64,000 nt of DNA from Eledone cirrhosa (taxonomy: Eukaryota). A program made the position numbers and the translations under genes. Positions 51,801-64,000 of the stretch are shown here, piece by piece (position 1 is the first letter of the stretch; the number at the start of each line of letters is the position of its first letter). The DNA is taken from assembly GCA_964016885.1 (NCBI GenBank), contig OZ024759.1, positions 22,444,001-22,508,000 of the forward strand. Reading direction: 5' to 3'. The notes below the pieces were generated by a model. That model was not told the DNA's origin and searched no databases. It saw only the letters and a program-made list of their open reading frames with translations.

Positions 51801-54800
51801 AAGGATGTTAAAAGACAGACCCATCCTCAGATGTAACTGTGGGCTATATGGTATGACAGCTACCACAATATACTGTATATAAAGGATGTTAAAAGACAGA
51901 CCCATCCTCAGATGTAACTGTGGGTTATATGGTATGACAGCTACCACAATATACTGTATATAAAGTATGTTAAAAGACAGACCCATGCTCAGATGTAACT
52001 GTGGGCTATATGGTATGACACCTACCACAATATACTGTATATAAAGGATGTTAAAAGACAGACCCATCCTCAGATGTAACTGTGGGTTATATGGTATGAC
52101 AGCTACCACAATATACTGTATGTAAAGGATGTTAAAAGACAGACCCACCCTCAGATGTAACTGTGGGCTATATGGTATGACAGCTACCACAATATACTGT
52201 ATATAAAGGATGTTAAAAGACAGACCCATCCTCAAATGTAACTCTGGGCTATATGGTATGACAGCTACCACAATATACTGTATATAAAGGATGTTAAAAG
52301 ACACACCCATCCTCAGATGTAACTGTGGGCTATATGGTATGACAGCTACCACAATATACTGTATATAAAGGATGTTAAAAGACAGACCCATCCTCAGATG
52401 TAACTGTGGGCTATATGGTATGACAGCTACCACAATATACTGTATATAAAGGATGTTAAAAGACAGACCCATCCTCAGATGTAACTGTGAGCTATATGGT
52501 AGGACAGCTACCACAATATACTGTATATAAAGGATGTTAAAAGACAGACCCACCCTCAGATGTAACTGTGGGCTATATGGTATGACAGCTACCACAATAT
52601 ACTGTATATAAAAGATGTTAAAAGACAGACCCATTCTCAAATGTAACTGTGGGCTATATGGTATGACAGCTACCACAATATACTGTATATAAAGGATGTT
52701 AAAAGACAGACCCATTCTCAAATGTAACTGTGGGCTATATGGTATGACAGCTACCACAATATACTGTATATAAAGGATGTTAAAAGACAGACCCATCCTC
52801 AGATGTAACTGTGGGCTATATGGTATAACAGCTACCACAATATACTGTATATAAAGGATGTTAAAAGACAGACCCATTCTCAAATGTAACTGTGGGCTAT
52901 ATGGAATAACAGCTACCACAATATACTGTATATAAAGGATGTTAAAAGACAGACCCATCCTCAGATATAACTGTGGGCTATATGGTATGACAGCTACCAC
53001 AATATACTGTATATAAAGGATGTTAAAAGACAGACCCACCCTCAGATGTAACTGTGGGTTATATGGTATGACAGGTACCACAGATGTAAGTGTGGTCTAT
53101 ATGGTATGACAGCTACCAAAATATACTGTATATAAAGGATGTTAAAAGACAGACCCATCCTCAGATGTAAGTGTGGGCTATATGGTATGACAGCTACCAC
53201 AATATACTGAATATAAAGGATGTTAAAAGACAGGCCCACCCTCAGATGTAACTGTGGGCTATATGGTATGACAGCTACCACAATATACTGCATATAAAGG
53301 ATGTTAAAAGACAGACCCACCCTCAGATGTAACTGTGGGCTATATGGTATGACAGCTACCACAATATACTGTATATAAAGGATGTTAAAAGACAGACCCA
53401 CCCTCAGATGTAACTGTGGGCTATATGTTATGACAGCTACCATAGATGTAACTGTGGGCTATATGGTATGACAGCTACCACAATATACTGTATATAAAGG
53501 ATGTTAAAAGACAGACCCACCCTCAGATGTAACTGTGGGTTATATGGTATGACAGCTACCACAATATACTGTATATAAAGGATGTTAAAAGACAGACACA
53601 TCCTCAGATGTAACTGTGGGTTATATGGTATGACAGCTACCACAATATACTGTATATAAAGGATGTTAAAAGACAGACCCATTCTCAAATGTAACTGTGG
53701 GCTATATGGTATGACAGCTACCACAATATACTGTATATAAAGTATGTTAAAAGACAGACCCATCCTCAGATGTAACTGTGGGCTATATGGTATGACAGCT
53801 ACCACAGATGTAACTGTGGGCTATATGGTATGACAGCTACCACAATATACTGTATATAAAGGATGTTAAAAGACAGACCCATCCTCAGATGTAACTGTGG
53901 GCTATATGGTATGACAGTTACCACAATATACTGTATATAAAGGATGTTAAAAGACAGACCCATCCTCAGATGTAACTGTGGGCTATATGGTATGACAGCT
54001 ACCACAATATACTGTATATAAAGTATGTTAAAAGACAGACCCATCCTCAGATGTAACTGTGGGCTATATGGTATGACAGCTACCACAGATGTAACTGTGG
54101 GCTATATGGTATGACAGCTACCACAATATACTGTATATAAAGGATGTTAAAAGACAGACCCATCCTCAGATGTAACTGTGGGCTATATGGTATGACAGCT
54201 ACCACAATATACTGTATATAAAGGATGTTAAAAGACAGACCTATCCTCAGATGTAACTGTGGGCTATATGGTATGACAGCTACCACAATATACTGCATAT
54301 AAAGGATGTTAAAAGACAGACCCACCCTCAGATGTAACTGTGGGCTATATGGTATGACAGCTACCACAATATACTGTATATAAAGGATGTTAAAAGACAG
54401 ACCCACACTCAGATGTAACTGTGGGCTATATGGTATGACAGCTACCACAATATACTGTATATAAAGGATGTTAAAAGACAGACCCACCCTCAGATGTAAC
54501 TGTGGGCTATATGTTATGACAGCTACCATAGATGTAACTGTGGGCTATATGGTATGACAGCTACCACAATATACTGTATATAAAGGATGTTAAAAGACAG
54601 ACCCACCCTCAGATGTAACTGTGGGCTATAAGGTATGACAGCTACCACAATATACTGTATATAAAGGATGTTAAAAGACAGACCCACCCTCAGATGTAAC
54701 TGTGGGCTATATGGTATGACAGCTACCACAATATACTGTATGTAAAGGATGTTAAAAGACAGACCCACCCTCAGATGTAACTGTGGGCTATAAGGTATGA

Positions 54801-57800
54801 CAGCTACCACAATATACTGTATATAAAGGATGTTAAAAGACAGACCCACCCTCAGATATAACTGTGGGCTATATGGTATGACAGCTACCACAATATACTG
54901 TATGTAAAGGATGTTAAAAAACAGACCCAGCCGCAGATGTAAGTGTGGGCTATATGGTATGACAGCTACCACAATATACTGTATATAAAGGATGTTAAAA
55001 GACAGACCCACCCTCAGATGTAACTGTGGGCAATATGGTATGACAGCTACCACAGATGTAACTGTGGGCTATATGGTATGACAGCTACCACAATATACTG
55101 TATATAAAGGATGTTAAAAGACAGACCCATCCTCAGATGTAACTGTGGGCTATATGGTATGACAGCTACCACAATATACTGTATATAAAGGATGTTAAAA
55201 GACAGACCCATCCTCAGATGTAACTGTGGGCTATATGGTATGACAGCTACCACAATATACTGTATATAAAGGATGTTAAAAGACAGACCCATCCTCAGAT
55301 GTAACTGTGGGCTATATGGTATGACACCTACCACAATATACTGCATATAAAGGATGTTAAAAGACAGACCCATCCTCAGATGTAACTGTGGGTTATATGG
55401 TATGACAGCTACCACAATATACTGTATGTAAAGGATGTTAAAAGACAGACCCACCCTCAGATGTAACTGTGGGCTATATGGTATGACAGCTACCACAATA
55501 TACTGTATATAAAGGATGTTAAAAGACAGACCCATCCTCAAATGTAACTTTGGGCTATATGGTATGACAGCTACCACAATATACTGTATATAAAGCATGT
55601 TAAAAGACACACCCATCCTCAGATGTAACTGTGGGCTATATGGTATGACAGCTACCACAATATACTGTATATAAAGGATGTTAAAAGACAGACCCATCCT
55701 CAGATGTAACTGTGGGCTATATGGTATGACAGCTACCACAATATACTGTATATAAAGGATGTTAAAAGACAGACCCATCCTCAGATGTAACTGTGAGCTA
55801 TATGGTATGACAGCTACCACAATATACTGTATATAAAGGCTGTTAAAAGACAGACCCACCCTCAGATGTAACTGTGGGCTATATGGTATGACAGCTACCA
55901 CAATATACTGTATATAAAGGATGTTAAAAGACTGACCCATTCTCAAATGTAACTGTGGGCTATATGGTATGACAGCTACCACAATATACTGTATATAAAG
56001 GATGTTAAAAGACAGACACATCCTCAGATGTAACTGTGGGTTATATGGTATGACAGCTACCACAATATACTGTATATAAAGGATGTTAAAAGACAGACCC
56101 ATTCTCAAATGTAACTGTGGGCTATATGGAATGACAGCTACCACAATATACTGTATATAAAGGATGTTAAAAGACAGACCCATCCTCAGATATAACTGTG
56201 GGCTATATGGTATGGCAGCTACCACAATATACTGTATATAAAGGATGTTAAAAGACAGACACACCCTCAGATGTAACTGTGGGTTATATGGTATGACAGC
56301 TACCACAGATGTAAGTGTGGTCTATATGGTATGACAGCTACCAAAATATACTGTATATAAAGGATGTTAAAAGACAGACCCATCCTCAGATGTAAGTGTG
56401 GGCTATATGGTATGACAGCTACCACAATATACTGTATATAAAGGATGTTAAAAGGCAGACCCACCCTCAGATGTAACTGTGGGCTATATGTTATGACAGC
56501 TACCATAGATGTAACTGTGGGCTATATGGTATGACAGCTACCACAATATACTGTATATAAAGGATGTTAAAAGACAGACCCACCCTCAGATGTAACTGTG
56601 GGTTATATGGTATGACAGCTACCACAATATACTGTATATAAAGGATGTTAAAAGACAGACACATCCTCAGATGTAACTGTGGGTTATATGGTATGACAGC
56701 TACCACAATATACTGTATATAAAGGATGTTAAAAGACAGACCCATTCTCAAATGTAACTGTGGGCTATATGGTATGACAGCTACCACAATATACTGTATG
56801 TAAAGGATGTTAAAAAAGAGACCCAGCCGCAGATGTAAGTGTGGGCTATATGGTATGCAAGCTACCACAATATACTGTATATAAAGGATGTTAAAAGACA
56901 GACCCACCCTCAGATGTAACTGTGGGTTATATGGTATGACAGCTACCACAATATACTGTATATAAAGGATGTTAAAAGACAGACACATCCTCAGATGTAA
57001 GTGTGGGCCATATGGTATGACAGCTACCACAATATACTGTATATAAAGGATGTTAAAAGACAGACCCATCCTCAGATGTAACTGTGGGTTATATGGTATG
57101 ACAGCTACCACAATATACTGTATATAAAGTATGTTAAAAGACAGACCCACCCTCAGATGTAACTGTGGGCTATATGGTATGACAGCTACCACAATATACT
57201 GTATATAAAGTATGTTAAAAGACAGACCCATCCTCAGATGTAACTGTTGGCTATATGGTATGACAGCTACCACAATATACTATATATAAAGGATGTTAAA
57301 AGACAGACCCATCCTCTGATGTAAGTGTCGGTTATATGGTATGACAGCTATAACAATATACTGTATATAAAGGATGTTAAAAGACAGACCCAGCCTCAGA
57401 TGTAACTCTGAGCTATATGGTATGACAGCTACCACAATATACTGTATATAAAGGATGTTAAAAGACAGACCCACCCTCAGATGTAACTGTGGGCTATATG
57501 GTATGACAGCTACCACAGATGTAACTGTGGGCTATATGGTATGACAGCTACCACAATAGACTGTATATAAAAGATGTTAAAAGACAGACCCATCCTCAAA
57601 TGTAACTGTGGGCTATATGGTATGACAGCTACCACAATATACTGTATATAAAGGATGTTAAAAGACAGACCTATCCTCAGATGTAACTGTGGGCTATATG
57701 GTATGACAGCTACCACAATATACTGTATATAAAGGATGTTAAAAGACAGACCCATCCTCAGATGTAACTGTGGGCTATATGGTATGACAGCTACCACAGA

Positions 57801-60800
57801 TGTAACTGTGGGCTATAAGGTATGACAGCTACCACAATAGACTGTATATAAAAGATGTTAAAAGACAGACCCATCCTCAAATGTAACTGTGGGCTATATG
57901 GTATGACAGCTACCACAAAATACTGTATATAAAGGATGTTAAAAGACAGACCCACCCTCAGATGTAACTGTGGGCTATATGGTATGACTGCTACCACAAT
58001 ATACTGTATATAAAGGATGTTAAAAAACAGACGCCGCCTCAGACGTAAGTGTGGGCTATATGGTATGACAGCTACCACAATAAACTGTATATAAAGGATG
58101 TTAAAAGACAGACCCACCCTCAGATGTAACTGTGGGTTATATGGTATGACAGCTACCACAATATACTGTATATAAAGGATGTTAAAAAACAGACGCCGCC
58201 TCAGACGTAAGTGTGGGCTATATGGTATGACAGCTACCACAATATACTGTATATAAAGGATGTTAAAAGACAGACCCACCCTCAGATGTAACTGTGGGTT
58301 ATATGGTATGACAGCTACCACAATATACTGTATATAAAGGATGTTAAAAAACAGACGCCGCCTCAGACGTAAGTGTGGGCTATATGGTATGACAGCTACC
58401 ACAATATACTGTATATAAAGGATGTTAAAAGACAGACCCACCCTCAGATGTAACTGTGGGCTATAAGGTATGACAGCTACCACAGATGTAAGTGTGGTCT
58501 ATATGGTATGACAGCTACCACAATATACTGTATATAAAGGATGTTAAAAGACAGACCCACCCTCAGATGTAACTGTGGGCTATATGGTATGACAGCTACC
58601 ACAATATACTGTATATAAAGGATGTTAAAAGACAGACCCACCCTCACATGTAACTGTGGGCTATATGGTATGACAGCTACCACAATATACTGTATATAAA
58701 GTATGTTAAAAGACAGACCCATCCTCAGATGTAACTGTGGGCTATATGGTATGACAGCTACCACAATATACTATATATAAAGGATGTTAAAAGACAGACC
58801 CATCCTCAGATGTAAGTGTCGGTTATATGGTATGACAGCTATAACAATATACTGTATATAAAGGATGTTAAAAGACAGACCCAGCCTCAGATGTAACTCT
58901 GAGCTATATGGTATGACAGCTACCACAATATACTGTATATAAAGGATGTTAAAAGACAGACCCACCCTCAGATGTAACTGTGGGCTATATGGTATGACAG
59001 CTACCACAGATGTAACTGTGGGCTATATGGTATGACAGCTACCACAATAGACTGTATATAAAAGATGTTAAAAGACAGACCCATCCTCAAATGTAACTGT
59101 GGGCTATATGGTATGACAGCTACCACAATATACTGTATATAAAGGATGTTAAAAGACAGACCTATCCTCAGATGTAACTGTGGGCTATATGGTATGACAG
59201 CTACCACAATATACTGTATATAAAGGATGTTAAAAGACAGACCCATCCTCAGATGTAACTGTGGGCTATATGGTATGACAGCTACCACAGATGTAACTGT
59301 GGGCTATAAGGTATGACAGCTACCACAATAGACTGTATATAAAAGATGTTAAAAGACAGACCCATCCTCAAATGTAACTGTGGGCTATATGGTATGACAG
59401 CTACCACAAAATACTGTATATAAAGGATGTTAAAAGACAGACCCACCCTCAGATGTAACTGTGGGCTATATGGTATGACTGCTACCACAATATACTGTAT
59501 ATAAAGGATGTTAAAAAACAGACGCCGCCTCAGACGTAAGTGTGGGCTATATGGTATGACAGCTACCACAATAAACTGTATATAAAGGATGTTAAAAGAC
59601 AGACCCACCCTCAGATGTAACTGTGGGTTATATGGTATGACAGCTACCACAATATACTGTATATAAAGGATGTTAAAAAACAGACGCCGCCTCAGACGTA
59701 AGTGTGGGCTATATGGTATGACAGCTACCACAATATACTGTATATAAAGGATGTTAAAAGACAGACCCATCCTCAGATGTAACTGTGGGCTATATGGTAT
59801 GACAGCTACCACAATATACTGTATATAAAGGATGTTAAAAGACAGACCCATCCTCAGATGTAACTGTGGGCTATATGGTATGACAGCTACCACAATATAC
59901 TGTATATAAAGGATGTTAAAAGACAGACCCATCCTCAGATGTAACTGTGGGCTATATGGTATGACACCTACCACAATATACTGCATATAAAGGATGTTAA
60001 AAGACAGACCCATCCTCAGATGTAACTGTGGGTTATATGGTATGACAGCTACCACAATATACTGTATGTAAAGGATGTTAAAAGACAGACCCACCCTCAG
60101 ATGTAACTGTGGGCTATATGGTATGACAGCTACCACAATATACTGTATATAAAGGATGTTAAAAGACAGACCCATCCTCAAATGTAACTTTGGGCTATAT
60201 GGTATGACAGCTACCACAATATACTGTATATAAAGCATGTTAAAAGACACACCCATCCTCAGATGTAACTGTGGGCTATATGGTATGACAGCTACCACAA
60301 TATACTGTATATAAAGGATGTTAAAAGACAGACCCATCCTCAGATGTAACTGTGGGCTATATGGTATGACAGCTACCACAATATACTGTATATAAAGGAT
60401 GTTAAAAGACAGACCCATCCTCAGATGTAACTGTGAGCTATATGGTATGACAGCTACCACAATATACTGTATATAAAGGCTGTTAAAAGACAGACCCACC
60501 CTCAGATGTAACTGTGGGCTATATGGTATGACAGCTACCACAATATACTGTATATAAAGGATGTTAAAAGACTGACCCATTCTCAAATGTAACTGTGGGC
60601 TATATGGTATGACAGCTACCACAATATACTGTATATAAAGGATGTTAAAAGACAGACACATCCTCAGATGTAACTGTGGGTTATATGGTATGACAGCTAC
60701 CACAATATACTGTATATAAAGGATGTTAAAAGACAGACCCATTCTCAAATGTAACTGTGGGCTATATGGAATGACAGCTACCACAATATACTGTATATAA

Positions 60801-63800
60801 AGGATGTTAAAAGACAGACCCATCCTCAGATATAACTGTGGGCTATATGGTATGGCAGCTACCACAATATACTGTATATAAAGGATGTTAAAAGACAGAC
60901 ACACCCTCAGATGTAACTGTGGGTTATATGGTATGACAGCTACCACAGATGTAAGTGTGGTCTATATGGTATGACAGCTACCAAAATATACTGTATATAA
61001 AGGATGTTAAAAGACAGACCCATCCTCAGATGTAAGTGTGGGCTATATGGTATGACAGCTACCACAATATACTGTATATAAAGGATGTTAAAAGGCAGAC
61101 CCACCCTCAGATGTAACTGTGGGCTATATGTTATGACAGCTACCATAGATGTAACTGTGGGCTATATGGTATGACAGCTACCACAATATACTGTATATAA
61201 AGGATGTTAAAAGACAGACCCACCCTCAGATGTAACTGTGGGTTATATGGTATGACAGCTACCACAATATACTGTATATAAAGGATGTTAAAAGACAGAC
61301 ACATCCTCAGATGTAACTGTGGGTTATATGGTATGACAGCTACCACAATATACTGTATATAAAGGATGTTAAAAGACAGACCCATTCTCAAATGTAACTG
61401 TGGGCTATATGGTATGACAGCTACCACAATATACTGTATGTAAAGGATGTTAAAAAACAGACCCAGCCGCAGATGTAAGTGTGGGCTATATGGTATGCAA
61501 GCTACCACAATATACTGTATATAAAGGATGTTAAAAGACAGACCCACCCTCAGATGTAACTGTGGGTTATATGGTATGACAGCTACCACAATATACTGTA
61601 TATAAAGGATGTTAAAAGACAGACACATCCTCAGATGTAAGTGTGGGCCATATGGTATGACAGCTACCACAATATACTGTATATAAAGGATGTTAAAAGA
61701 CAGACCCATCCTCAGATGTAACTGTGGGTTATATGGTATGACAGCTACCACAATATACTGTATATAAAGTATGTTAAAAGACAGACCCACCCTCAGATGT
61801 AACTGTGGGCTATATGGTATGACAGCTACCACAATATACTGTATATAAAGTATGTTAAAAGACAGACCCATCCTCAGATGTAACTGTTGGCTATATGGTA
61901 TGACAGCTACCACAATATACTATATATAAAGGATGTTAAAAGACAGACCCATCCTCAGATGTAAGTGTCGGTTATATGGTATGACAGCTATAACAATATA
62001 CTGTATATAAAGGATGTTAAAAGACAGACCCAGCCTCAGATGTAACTCTGAGCTATATGGTATGACAGCTACCACAATATACTGTATATAAAGGATGTTA
62101 AAAGACAGACCCACCCTCAGATGTAACTGTGGGCTATATGGTATGACAGCTACCACAGATGTAACTGTGGGCTATATGGTATGACAGCTACCACAATAGA
62201 CTGTATATAAAAGATGTTAAAAGACAGACCCATCCTCAAATGTAACTGTGGGCTATATGGTATGACAGCTACCACAATATACTGTATATAAAGGATGTTA
62301 AAAGACAGACCTATCCTCAGATGTAACTGTGGGCTATATGGTATGACAGCTACCACAATATACTGTATATAAAGGATGTTAAAAGACAGACCCATCCTCA
62401 GATGTAACTGTGGGCTATATGGTATGACAGCTACCACAGATGTAACTGTGGGCTATAAGGTATGACAGCTACCACAATAGACTGTATATAAAAGATGTTA
62501 AAAGACAGACCCATCCTCAAATGTAACTGTGGGCTATATGGTATGACAGCTACCACAAAATACTGTATATAAAGGATGTTAAAAGACAGACCCACCCTCA
62601 GATGTAACTGTGGGCTATATGGTATGACTGCTACCACAATATACTGTATATAAAGGATGTTAAAAAACAGACGCCGCCTCAGACGTAAGTGTGGGCTATA
62701 TGGTATGACAGCTACCACAATAAACTGTATATAAAGGATGTTAAAAGACAGACCCACCCTCAGATGTAACTGTGGGTTATATGGTATGACAGCTACCACA
62801 ATATACTGTATATAAAGGATGTTAAAAAACAGACGCCGCCTCAGACGTAAGTGTGGGCTATATGGTATGACAGCTACCACAATATACTGTATATAAAGGA
62901 TGTTAAAAGACAGACCCACCCTCAGATGTAACTGTGGGTTATATGGTATGACAGCTACCACAATATACTGTATATAAAGGATGTTAAAAAACAGACGCCG
63001 CCTCAGACGTAAGTGTGGGCTATATGGTATGACAGCTACCACAATATACTGTATATAAAGGATGTTAAAAGACAGACCCACCCTCAGATGTAACTGTGGG
63101 CTATAAGGTATGACAGCTACCACAGATGTAAGTGTGGTCTATATGGTATGACAGCTACCACAATATACTGTATATAAAGGATGTTAAAAGACAGACCCAC
63201 CCTCAGATGTAACTGTGGGCTATATGGTATGACAGCTACCACAATATACTGTATATAAAGGATGTTAAAAGACAGACCCACCCTCACATGTAACTGTGGG
63301 CTATATGGTATGACAGCTACCACAATATACTGTATATAAAGTATGTTAAAAGACAGACCCATCCTCAGATGTAACTGTGGGCTATATGGTATGACAGCTA
63401 CCATAATATACTATATATAAAGGATGTTAAAAGACAGACCCATCCTCAGATGTAAGTGTCGGTTATATGGTATGACAGCTATAACAATATACTGTATATA
63501 AAGGATGTTAAAAGACAGACCCAGCCTCAGATGTAACTCTGAGCTATATGGTATGACAGCTACCACAATATACTGTATATAAAGGATGTTAAAAGACAGA
63601 CCCACCCTCAGATGTAACTGTGGGCTATATGGTATGACAGCTACCACAGATGTAACTGTGGGCTATATGGTATGACAGCTACCACAATAGACTGTATATA
63701 AAAGATGTTAAAAGACAGACCCATCCTCAAATGTAACTGTGGGCTATATGGTATGACAGCTACCACAATATACTGTATATAAAGGATGTTAAAAGACAGA

Positions 63801-64000
63801 CCTATCCTCAGATGTAACTGTGGGCTATATGGTATGACAGCTACCACAATATACTGTATATAAAGGATGTTAAAAGACAGACCCATCCTCAGATGTAACT
63901 GTGGGCTATATGGTATGACAGCTACCACAGATGTAACTGTGGGCTATAAGGTATGACAGCTACCACAATAGACTGTATATAAAAGATGTTAAAAGACAGA
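48884..64000 (+). repeat. Satellite DNA: 81-bp monomer plus 38-bp deletion monomer, higher-order repeats; runs off the window end
   Basis: Consensus TTAAAAGACAGACCCA(T/C)CCTCAGATGTAACTGTGGGCTATATGGTATGACAGCTACCACAATATACTGTATATAAAGGATG. The 27-aa periodic minus-strand ORFs reflect the monomer length. Confidence 0.98.

Noticed and set aside
48723-63928. Long minus-strand ORFs with a 27-aa repeat (VVAVIPYSPQLHLRMGLSFNILYIQYI)
   Set aside because: These follow from an 81-bp monomer lacking a stop in one frame. They are repeatedly broken by the 38-bp monomer, and the variants show no sign of synonymous bias.
48884-64000. CRISPR-like array
   Set aside because: There are no unique spacers and no cas genes; this is a eukaryotic tandem satellite.

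Overview
Animal (eukaryotic) repeat-rich genomic DNA. The SINE/RTE repertoire and AT/AC microsatellite style suggest an octopus or other coleoid cephalopod (inference). No intact host gene is supportable. 1-28.6 kb: decayed Penelope-like element, RTE-clade LINE fragments, two DD37D (maT) Tc1/mariner copies (one full length with TIRs and TA flanks), CORE- and Meta-type SINEs, microsatellites, two oppositely oriented triplet-phased GGT/ACC minisatellites and a hammerhead-like motif. 28.6-48.2 kb: a non-coding, modular, self-duplicating element complex. It contains a ~5.75 kb palindrome centred on a CpG-rich nested hairpin with adjacent 62-bp tandem repeats, two direct copies of a 2.9-3.8 kb unit, a family of structured ~150-185 nt candidate Pol III RNA genes with compensatory stem changes, octamer, B-box and p53-half-site arrays, and degenerate monomers of the neighbouring satellite. 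48.9-64 kb: an 81-bp satellite with a 38-bp deletion monomer and nested higher-order repeats (200, 1491, 3306, 4640 bp). Coordinates were read by eye and boundaries of decayed repeats are approximate.
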